13,779 bases of DNA from NCBI GenBank assembly GCA_046760505.1, contig JBHIEG010000037.1, positions 1-13,779 on the forward strand, in the 5' to 3' direction. Below are positions 1 to 7,360 of the stretch, piece after piece. The DNA is from Candidatus Hydrothermarchaeota archaeon. Its GTDB lineage: Archaea > CAYFZR01. Every line of letters begins with the position of its first letter. Positions within the stretch are counted from its first letter, which is position 1. The translations under genes and the position numbers were made by a program. Below the pieces are notes generated by a model, which was not told where the DNA came from, searched no databases, and saw only the letters and a list, made by a program, of their open reading frames with translations.

Positions 1-1
1 A

Positions 2-163
2 ATCGAGTTGGAAATGAAAGAAGCAGAGCTTGCAGCTATATTTTCAGAGCTCGTAGCTGAAAATCCAGGCTTAGTGGAAGACTTTAAGAAATTTGTTGAG
101 CTAATTAAATTGCTAAACCAAAACCCAGAGTTATTAGAGAAAGTAAAAGGCCTTGCAAAATAA
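2..163 (+). CDS. 3' end of a gene entering from outside the window; helical C-terminus, possibly the tail of an archaeal tyrosine integrase
   Basis: Open frame from base 2 to TAA 161-163: IELEMKEAELAAIFSELVAENPGLVEDFKKFVELIKLLNQNPELLEKVKGLAK. Composition is protein-like and amphipathic. The integrase guess is inference from the island context only. Confidence 0.6.
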   Translation: MELEMKEAELAAIFSELVAENPGLVEDFKKFVELIKLLNQNPELLEKVKGLAK

Positions 164-164
164 A

Positions 165-290
165 TCAATACGCGTTTTTTATGATAGCAAGAGCCATCGC
201 TCTTGCCAATAAATTTCCATGCTCAGCGAGCTCGTCTATCCACTCTTTGTTTTTTTCATAAAATTCCCTGATAAGATCTTTATTTTTCAT
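165..290 (-). CDS. small hypothetical protein, 41 aa (not in the ORF track)
   Basis: ATG at 290 to TGA at 167-165 gives MKNKDLIREFYEKNKEWIDELAEHGNLLARAMALAIIKNAY. A GGGGTG Shine-Dalgarno-like motif lies just upstream, and the ORF abuts the stop of the convergent gene. Confidence 0.6.
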   Translation of the reverse strand: MKNKDLIREFYEKNKEWIDELAEHGNLLARAMALAIIKNAY

Positions 291-734
291 TTTAAACACC
301 CCTTATATTTTCGTGCATTTGGCGAATTATCTCTCAAAATAAATCCGAAATTTCTAGTCTTTAGCCAAATAATCGAGACTAAAATTAAGTTACAGATTAA
401 AATGAGTTCATCGATAGCTTACGCCATAGTCATGGTATATCGGAACCCACAGGGTTTAAATCTGATTTGCCTCCAAATTCTGAGTCCCGATTGACTCCAC
501 GCTGCCGCTTTGCCCGTAAGATTTTATGGCCTTCAAGATCAAGAACCCGTAAGAAGGAGTCATGGTTCATGCGTAAGTTGTCCCTTTAGGACAAAGGTAT
601 CTAGAAAAAACTGGTATAAATATTTTTTTGTTAACAATAGATTTGATTTGTTCACTTTTCCGGATGGAGGCTTCTTAAAAGTTATTTTGTAATTTTGAGC
701 TTTTATATGCCTTAGATTTTTTTAGATTTTTGTT

Positions 735-752
735 CTTCATTTATAAATGAAG
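735..752. promoter_or_regulatory. perfect 18-bp palindrome CTTCATTTATAAATGAAG
   Basis: Exactly self-complementary, with a TTTATAAA core, 17 bp before the repeat array. Function is unknown. Confidence 0.5.
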
Positions 753-769
753 GGTGATTTTTCTAAAAT

Positions 770-1197
770 AGTGTACAGGTTCAGAAAATCGAAGCATGTT
801 ATATGCTTAGAATTAAGATTGGAGCAATAGAAGAGCTCCAAAAAAAAGTATAATTACACAAAAGTGTATGGAGTCAGAAAATCGATCAATGAAATATGCT
901 CAAAATTGAAATCAGAGCATGTAGAGCAGTTCAAAAAAAAATAAGAGTACACTTTACTGAAAAGTGTATGAAGTCAGAAAATCGACGCATAATAAATGCT
1001 TGGAATCAAAATCCGAGCATGTAGAGCAGTTCAAAAAATTGTACGAGTACAGTTTTCTGAACCGCATAAAGCTTCATATTAAAATTAGGATTCAAAAAAG
1101 TGTATTCATTCAGAAAATCGATCCACGATACATGCTCGAAATTGAAATCAGAGGATGATAAACGCTCCAAAAAAAGTATCGTTGTATTATTCTGGAA
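770..1197. repeat. four degenerate tandem repeats (starts 770, 863, 963, 1099; spacings 93, 100, 136 bp)
   Basis: Each unit reads AGTGTA-N5-TCAGAAAATCGA-N10-ATGCT-N14-GAG...A-tract. The 12-mer is exact at 781, 874, 974 and 1110. Units 2 and 3 share 24 identical nt (915-938 and 1015-1038). Confidence 0.9.
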
Positions 1198-1332
1198 AGA
1201 TAAAATGTCTCGAAAATTATGTCAAAGAGCACACTTTTACACTTTTTTAAAGATATTATGGTATTTTACCCCCATAACATTAAAAAGTATTCAATTTGAT
1301 AAATATTTAATGAAATAGGTGTTATTAACCAT

Positions 1333-1346
1333 AAAAACTTTAAATA
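1333..1346 (+). promoter_or_regulatory. putative BRE/TATA promoter of the first AbiE-like operon
   Basis: AAAAAC-TTTAAATA ends about 22 nt before ATG 1369, the spacing expected for a leaderless archaeal transcript. Confidence 0.5.
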
Positions 1347-1368
1347 TGTGTCAAAGGATTATTCATTC

Positions 1369-2181
1369 ATGATCAAACTCGAACAATTGTACAAGGAGTT
1401 ATTGACAAGAAAAGTTGTAACTTCCAATGAAATCACTAAACTAGCGGCTAGCATAATCGATGCAAGAGTAACTAACGAGTATGTTCATAAAGAATATATT
1501 CAAAAGCTCTTGGAGAGAGGTAAGTTAGTGAGGCTAAGGAAGGGATTGTATGCTGCTTTAACACCTTTGGAAACATCTGAGTCTTTTGTGCCTGATAAAT
1601 TTCTTGTAGCATCAAAAATTAGATCTCGATACTATCTTGGATATCATACTGCTTTGGAATTTCATGGTTGCGCATACTCTTCTTACAACCAAGGTTACAT
1701 CTGTGTGAGAAAAAAAGATCGTTTCGACGCTTTTGAGTACAAGAATCTAAGTTTTAAGCCAGTTTTTACAAAAGACATTGAGACCGGAGTTGAGAAAAGA
1801 AGTTATTTAAATCATGAAATCAGGGTTTCTAGCCCGGAAAGAACCTTTGTCGATTGTCTTGATAAACCAGGATATGCTGGAGGTTGGGAAGAACTCCTAA
1901 AGAGTTTTGAAGGGTTAAGTGGCTTGAATTTTGAAAATATCTACCAAATCCTGAGAAAATTTGATAAGGATCTTCTTTATAGAAAGGTCGGCCTAGTCTT
2001 GGAAATGATGCGAGAGCATTCAGTTTATTATGAAAATCTTAGCGATAAAACGCTTGGTAAAATAAAGAATCACCTGGGGAAAACGCCATTGTACTTAGAA
2101 AAAGGAAAGTCTAGCTCCTTTAATGAGAATTGGAACTTGTATGTGCCTAAAGACTTTAAAGAGTACCTGAGAGGGGTATAG
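1369..2181 (+). CDS. type IV toxin-antitoxin AbiEi-family antitoxin / transcriptional regulator
   Basis: Motifs RLRKGLY (end of the N-terminal wHTH), YLGYHTALEFHG and VSSPERTFVDCL are typical of AbiEi-like proteins. ATG 1369 is preferred over GTG 1348 because of the TATA position. Confidence 0.85.
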   Translation: MIKLEQLYKELLTRKVVTSNEITKLAASIIDARVTNEYVHKEYIQKLLERGKLVRLRKGLYAALTPLETSESFVPDKFLVASKIRSRYYLGYHTALEFHGCAYSSYNQGYICVRKKDRFDAFEYKNLSFKPVFTKDIETGVEKRSYLNHEIRVSSPERTFVDCLDKPGYAGGWEELLKSFEGLSGLNFENIYQILRKFDKDLLYRKVGLVLEMMREHSVYYENLSDKTLGKIKNHLGKTPLYLEKGKSSSFNENWNLYVPKDFKEYLRGV

Positions 2182-2182
2182 T

Positions 2183-3095
2183 TTGAGATATGATCTTGAA
2201 TACCTTAGTAGAAAGCATGCATTTGATGAGATATTAATCGAAAAGGTCTGCAGAACAAGCGATATCCTCCAAGAAATTAGCAAGCTTGATTTTCTGCGTA
2301 ACAGGTTATCCTTCTATGGTGGTACTGCATTAAACTTCATTTACTTTAAGATTTCTCGCCTTTCAGTTGACCTGGATTTTAACTATAGGCATATCAATGA
2401 AAAAGACTGGGGTTTAATAAGAGATGATATCGACAAAAGGCTTAAAATTATTTTAGAAGATCAAGGCTATTCTGAGCTAGCTATCCAGCCAACATATCCC
2501 ATGTGCAGGATGGAAGTAAAATACAAGAATTCTAAAGGTCTTCCCGACTTTTTAAGATCGAAGTAGGATATATACGTAGAATTCCCACTCTTTCAGGAGA
2601 AGAGTTCAAAGAATTTTATCATATAGGCAGAGAGGAGAGTTTTCAGATAAAGACGCCAATAAAAGAGGAATTATTTGCCAACAAATGGTGTACCATGCTT
2701 TACAGAGGCAGCTCCAGAGATCTATACGATGTATATCAAATCATGCATGCAGAAATGGATTTCGAGGTCTTTCGTAAATGCTCAGTAATCGATAGTCTAA
2801 TGTGCGGCAGGCCTAAGCTTTATGAAATTGATGCTGAAAGTCTCGTTGAAACTATTCCAATAGACGATACTCTAAGAAATTTATTACGAAAAAGAGAAAC
2901 ACCTCCGAAAATCAGGGAGAAAGTTACAGGGTTTACTCAACAAGTTTTAAAAGATTTAAGCTCCGAAGAAATTGAGTTAATCGATAAATTCTATGAGAAA
3001 AAAGAATTCAATCCAGAAAAATCGACGAACATGGGATATTCCATCCTAACTTAAAAGATCATCCATCTATCAAATGGATTCTTTCCAATCTATAG
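2183..3095 (+). pseudogene. AbiEii/AbiGii-family nucleotidyltransferase toxin, split by two single-base deletions (or sequencing errors)
   Basis: Motifs IEKV, FYGGTALN, RLSVDLDF, EELFANK and RDLYD. Adding a T to the T5 run at 2549-2553 gives DFFKIEVGYIRRIP, in frame with ORF 2695. Adding an A to the A5 run at 3017-3021 gives NPEKIDEHGIFHPNLKDHPSIKWILSNL and TAG 3093-3095. Confidence 0.85.
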
Positions 3096-3344
3096 ATGAT
3101 TATTCTAAGTATTCTCCCGAAGGGGAAGGGGTTACTTAACCCGAGAATCAAAAAATTATAAATAATTCTACAGTAATACCATTCTTCGTTTTTTTTCTTG
3201 ATACAACCAAAACAAGAAGATTTTTTTCGTCCATTTTTACGACTCCATTTTAAATTATCTTCCTCCAAGAGATAGTGATATATAAAAAAGAACAATTTAA
3301 AGAGAAAAAACAGTGATATCTCATTAAAAAATGCAAAAACAATT

Positions 3345-4135
3345 TTAATCACTTAATAATTCCAGTACAACACGTCTAATTTCACGAATATTTATTTCCA
3401 GAACCTCACTGACACGCGAGAAATCATCATTTGTGAAACTTTTAACAACCTCAAAAGCTCTCTCTTTGGAGTAGAAATCAAACAATTTTTGTTTTATCTT
3501 TTTTATGTCTTCGTTAGAGTACCAGAGTAATGCAAAAATATCGGACAGATCCTTTATCTTTTTATATTCCGTGTCCCGTTTAGTGATAGAGTTTAGCTTC
3601 GTGGCGAGAAGCACTATTGTTTCAGGTATCAATATGTTTTCTCCAAAATGGCTCGTAAAACATCTAGTTTTATTAAATACTAGGTTTAGGATGGTTCATC
3701 GATTGGAACAAAGCCGAAAACTTCTCTGAATCTAGGATGGATGAAATCCACGATTGGATCAACATACATTGAGAATGTGAGATGTAATGGTGTCCGCTTG
3801 AAGTCTTCTTCGCTCAATTCTTCTTGTGTTTCTGTGTGAAAGTGCTTGACCAACCGGAAACCATGCAACCTAAAATCCATGTCTTTCATATTGTTTAAAA
3901 ACTTGGCAAAAGTCGATTTCTTTAACTTTTCAACAGTGTCCTCTTTGTTTATATGGAATCCTATGTCTAAATCTCTAGAGCCTAAATACTCTTTACCACG
4001 TTCTTTTGCAAAGTTCTCATTGACTATCAGATAAACTGCCCACCCGCCTAACAGGCATGCAGTACCTTCTATGCTTGAGAGGGTTTTCTTCAGATATCTT
4101 TGAGATATATTGATTTCATATTCTTCATATAGCAC
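3345..4135 (-). pseudogene. second AbiEii-like nucleotidyltransferase, split by one single-base deletion near 3692-3694 (or sequencing error)
   Basis: The N-half has LLGGWAVY and SRDLDIG; the C-half has LLATKL and KKIKDLSDIFALL. One added base joins PIDEP to ILNLVFNKTRCFTSHFGENILIPETIV, giving about 263 aa. Confidence 0.8.
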
Positions 4136-4727
4136 CTCTAACCACCTTTTCTAGGAGCATTTCACCTGCTTCAACGCAGACACCACCCTCTTCCAAAAGG
4201 TCTAGGATCAACTGCGGGAGAGAAACAACTTTTAAACCATTTTTTTCAAAGTTTTTATAAAACACATGTTCATCGTAAATCAGTATACGCAAGTTTCCTT
4301 CACCTACTAATCCCTCTCTTGACAACAATGAGTGCCACTTATCGAAGTCGTTTTCTCTGATGTAAAAATCAATCCTCGAGGGAAACAAATAGTTTTGGAC
4401 GAGATTTTCAGCCTGATAAGTTGTGAGGGCGTATTCAAGCTTGCTTCTTTTAAGAAGCTCCAATGGGCTCTTAATCATGTAAGCTCTCTTTAGAGGTTTT
4501 ATGCGGACACTTTGCCAGAACTTCATCAAGTTTCTATAGTCATTTACCTTTGTTCCCTCTAACAAACCTTTTTCTGTTAGTTTTTCAAGGAACTCGTGGG
4601 TCCAAGAATATGAGCTATTAGCTTCTTTTGATATCATATATTTTGTTAGGTTTCCTTTTGGATTGTTTAAGAGTGTCCGAATGATTCTTTCTCTAATTCT
4701 TCCCCTTTCTTTGTTTTTCGCCATCAT
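4125..4727 (-). CDS. N-terminal HTH plus AbiEi-like C-terminal domain; putative type IV antitoxin / regulator
   Basis: HTH-like segment LTKYMISKEANSSYSWTHEFLEKLTEKGLL and C-terminal VVSLPQLILDLL motif. It overlaps the NTase start by 11 nt. ATG 4727 (or 4724) is favoured over the ORF-track start at 4811, which would run through the promoter and operator. Confidence 0.75.
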   Translation of the reverse strand: MMAKNKERGRIRERIIRTLLNNPKGNLTKYMISKEANSSYSWTHEFLEKLTEKGLLEGTKVNDYRNLMKFWQSVRIKPLKRAYMIKSPLELLKRSKLEYALTTYQAENLVQNYLFPSRIDFYIRENDFDKWHSLLSREGLVGEGNLRILIYDEHVFYKNFEKNGLKVVSLPQLILDLLEEGGVCVEAGEMLLEKVVRGAI

Positions 4728-4728
4728 A

Positions 4729-4780
4729 ATATATCGGTAACTCCCCTCTTTATAAATATTACCGATATATATCGGTAACT
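4729..4780 (-). promoter_or_regulatory. promoter and operator of the second AbiE-like operon
   Basis: TATA box TTTATAAA at 4749-4756, a perfect 20-bp palindrome TTACCGATATATATCGGTAA at 4759-4778, and a 14-bp direct repeat ATATATCGGTAACT at 4729-4742 and 4767-4780. Confidence 0.75.
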
Positions 4781-5228
4781 TGTTTGATTTAAATATAAAA
4801 CCGATAATCAAAAAGTTTTGGTTTTTTTAAATAGATTCAGATTCTATTCAAATCTTTCTTAAAATTTATAGTGTGGCGACACGATTATGTAATTACTATC
4901 TATTTCAAAAATATCAATTTTGATTCGCATGCTTGAAAAGAAACTGTATAAAGCATGGATATAATCAAGTATCATCTTGTCCGGTAAGACTTTTGATGAT
5001 GCATCTGAACTTCTAAAGCATAGTTTATCATATCGAAAATATAGATCTAAAATTATCTCATTGTTTAGAGTAGGTATACTATCAAAAAAACCTCTAAAAT
5101 GCTTAAATTTTTCAAGATCTCAAAAGTTTATTATTTCATAAAGAAAAAAGAGACTTCATGTAATTTGTTTTCTCTATCGTGCATTTATTTAGAAAAACGA
5201 TAAATATTGTAACTATGTTAAGACGATC

Positions 5229-5537
5229 ATGACAAATCCTCTTAAAACATATAATAAAATCTACCAACATCTATTTAGAAGCAAATACACTGTCTTAGGA
5301 CTCTTAGCCTTATTTGAGAATGAAGGAAAACTTGAACGCCCAAGGTTCCGTGAGCTCGTTGAATGCAGAGATTTTAACAAATATGTTATGATACCTCTCT
5401 TAGATTTGGGGCTTATCCAAGTATATGAAGATCGAAGAAAGTATCCTTACAAAACCTATGTAACACTAACAGAAAAAGGAAAGGAAGTTGCTAGCAAGAT
5501 AAAATCATGTGTGGAAGATGTAAGCGAAATTTTATAA
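5229..5537 (+). CDS. winged helix-turn-helix DNA-binding protein (MarR/ArsR-like), 102 aa
   Basis: Typical wing signature LLDLGLIQV...YVTLTEKGKEVA. A BRE/TATA-like GAAAAACGATAAATA ends about 22 nt upstream. Confidence 0.8.
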   Translation: MTNPLKTYNKIYQHLFRSKYTVLGLLALFENEGKLERPRFRELVECRDFNKYVMIPLLDLGLIQVYEDRRKYPYKTYVTLTEKGKEVASKIKSCVEDVSEIL

Positions 5538-5780
5538 TGGAATTTAAAATTTTTGATGATTTAAGTAGCATGGTTCATGGGAAGTATACTAAAGAGTGGC
5601 CGAGATGAAAAAGCGTGAGATTAAACCACCTTTTCTATTTCCCATGCTCCCAATATATATTCCTTCGTTAAATAATATTCCATACATCAAATGGGATAAC
5701 TAACCCTAAATACCCCTTGTACAGGGATTGAGGGCATAAGAGAAATACTACTTTGGAGAAAAGATTATAAGCAACAAACT

Positions 5781-5877
5781 TGTTATATCATATAACATTT
5801 GAACTTTTTAATGATTTTGTTGTTATATGGTATAACATAGAAAAACATATAAGTCTTTGTTGTTATATGATATAACA
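5781..5877. promoter_or_regulatory. three 17-bp palindromes TGTTATA-N3-TATAACA at an exact 40-bp period
   Basis: Copies at 5781-5797, 5821-5837 and 5861-5877, all with perfect 7-bp arms. A TATA-like AAAAACATATAAG (5841-5853) lies between copies 2 and 3, and copy 3 ends 1 nt before ATG 5879. Confidence 0.85.
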
Positions 5878-5878
5878 G

Positions 5879-6220
5879 ATGCGAGAGGATGTCTTAATAA
5901 AGAATATTAAGCAATACTTGAAGTATGCTCGTATTGCCCATGAGGAAGAGGACTATAATACTAGTTTAGTTCTTTTTTTCAAGACATTAACAGCTATTTG
6001 TGATTTAAAGATATTTAGAGACAAGGGGATAATTCCCTCAAACCATGCCCACAGATTCAGAATACTTGAAAATGAATATCCTGCTATTTACAAAATATTG
6101 GATAGGGATTTTCCTTACTATACAGAAACTTATGAGTTAGAAATAAAAAAAGAAACCGCTGAGTTGGTGAAAAAAGATGCCGAAAACCTCCTTAAAGAAG
6201 TTGGAGGAGAAGACTGGTAG
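5879..6220 (+). CDS. HEPN-like helical protein, 113 aa
   Basis: Pattern YLKYARIAHEEEDYNTSLVLFFK...GIIPSNHAHRFRIL matches small archaeal HEPN-type proteins, and the gene is coupled to an MNT gene. Confidence 0.65.
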   Translation: MREDVLIKNIKQYLKYARIAHEEEDYNTSLVLFFKTLTAICDLKIFRDKGIIPSNHAHRFRILENEYPAIYKILDRDFPYYTETYELEIKKETAELVKKDAENLLKEVGGEDW

Positions 6221-6770
6221 AACGATTAAAGAATTTTATTCTCTAAACAAAGAAAAGATATTTGACGTTATCCTCTATGGCTCCTCAGTTAGAGGCAAGG
6301 GGATACCAAGAGATATTGATATTCTGATAATTTTTAAAAAAGAACTAAGGCAAGACGAATATTATGATCTTCCTTATGAATTGAGAAAAAAACTTGAAAA
6401 ATTAGATCTAAACGTAGATGTAAAAGGAAAAACACTAGAAGAGATTTTTGATCCAAACTTTTTGGCCAGAAGCAGTATATTTTTAGAAGGCTACTCTTTA
6501 TTAAAAAGAGAATTTCTTGTCGAAGAACTTGGATTTAGAGGATATACAATGTTCAACTATTCTTTGGAGAATCTTCCTCAGAGTAAAAAAATTGGATTTA
6601 GATATGCCTTAAAAGGAAGAAATGGTAATGGGGTACTCCAGACGTTAAATGGAAAGCATATAGGAAGCGGCACCATATTGATTCCCGTTGAAAATACTGA
6701 AGAATTTAAAAGTTTCTTGGAAAGATGGAATGTCAATTTTAAAGAATCAAGAATACTCCAAGAGGTCTGA
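6177..6770 (+). CDS. minimal nucleotidyltransferase (Pol-beta superfamily) with an extra C-terminal alpha/beta domain, 197 aa
   Basis: Catalytic motif VILYGSSVRG...RDIDILI. GGTGA RBS at 6166-6170 precedes ATG 6177. The gene overlaps the HEPN-like gene by 44 nt. Confidence 0.85.
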   Translation: MPKTSLKKLEEKTGRTIKEFYSLNKEKIFDVILYGSSVRGKGIPRDIDILIIFKKELRQDEYYDLPYELRKKLEKLDLNVDVKGKTLEEIFDPNFLARSSIFLEGYSLLKREFLVEELGFRGYTMFNYSLENLPQSKKIGFRYALKGRNGNGVLQTLNGKHIGSGTILIPVENTEEFKSFLERWNVNFKESRILQEV

Positions 6771-6796
6771 TAGATTTGGGAAAGAAAAATCGATAC

Positions 6797-6841
6797 AAAA
6801 GAGGAGGAGTAAACTACTGAATCTTTATTTCTCCTTTTTTT
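6797..6841 (+). terminator. possible terminator (imperfect inverted repeat ending in a T-run)
   Basis: AAAAGAGGAGGAGTAAA ... TTTATTTCTCCTTTTTTT lies directly after the MNT stop. Confidence 0.3.
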
Positions 6842-6889
6842 GGCACTGAAAAGCAGCGTGGCTCGTTGCAGCTACTAATTTTTATCTTA

Positions 6890-6993
6890 CAGGCTGTCTC
6901 AAAAGTCATGTTCGTAAAAAAACAAGTCGAATGCGGGCTTTAAATGGGAAAAAGATCGATTTTTTCGAAAATATTGAGTTTTAAGATAACCTG
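6890..6993. mobile_element. 104-bp MITE-like IS remnant with imperfect terminal inverted repeats
   Basis: CAGGCTGTCTCAAAAGTCA (6890-6908) and TGAGTTTTAAGATAACCTG (6975-6993) are complementary at 15 of 19 positions. The GGCTGTCTCAAAA end resembles IS1182/IS5-like termini as I recall them. There is no transposase. Confidence 0.45.
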
Positions 6994-7360
6994 AATAAAT
7001 TTCTTATAGTTGTTATGATCGAAAGAAGAATGAGTGTTATAAAGGAAACAGAAACGGCAAATATCCTGAATATAATTATTTTTAATTTAGAGGTACTAGA
7101 CATGATAAATATTAATGATTTCAATTTTATGTATATTTTTTGGAAATTAATTAACGATTGCAGTTTGTAGTGAACATATCTAAGGCTATTGTATCGGTAT
7201 TAGATATAAAGAAGGGTTCTAAGTTGAGGTGAAAGCTCATACATGGCGATTTTTCTGATCAAGAGGCTGCCAATACTATTAATTTAGCACATTTTGCTAA
7301 GATAAATTGTTGCATTCCAAAGGTAAACAACAATTTTAGGTATGCAACACATTTTTATAG

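Noticed and set aside
219-692. ORFs 219-494 and 510-692, and a tRNA T-loop-like GGGTTTAAATC near 452
   Set aside because: The ORFs are not protein-like and the first overlaps the better minus-strand 41-aa ORF. No cloverleaf can be built around the motif.
770-1197. CRISPR or TIGR array
   Set aside because: Units are about 100 bp and similar along their whole length. There are no unique 30-40 nt spacers, no regular box C/D motifs, and no cas or Nop-domain gene in the window.
964-1318. ORFs 964-1158 and 1100-1318
   Set aside because: They are by-products of the DNA repeats, with GTG starts from the AGTGTA block, inconsistent frames between units and no RBS.
2549-3021. Programmed -1 ribosomal frameshifting in the first toxin gene
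   Set aside because: Neither site forms a correctly phased X XXY YYZ heptamer, and two successive shifts would be required.
3059-3352. 97-aa minus-strand ORF between the two toxin genes
   Set aside because: Low-complexity F/K/I-rich translation of AT-rich intergenic DNA that overlaps the repaired toxin 3' end.
5781-5877. Mini-CRISPR array (17-bp repeat, 23-bp spacer)
   Set aside because: Repeats and spacers are too short, the spacers partly resemble each other, and the position over a promoter fits an operator.
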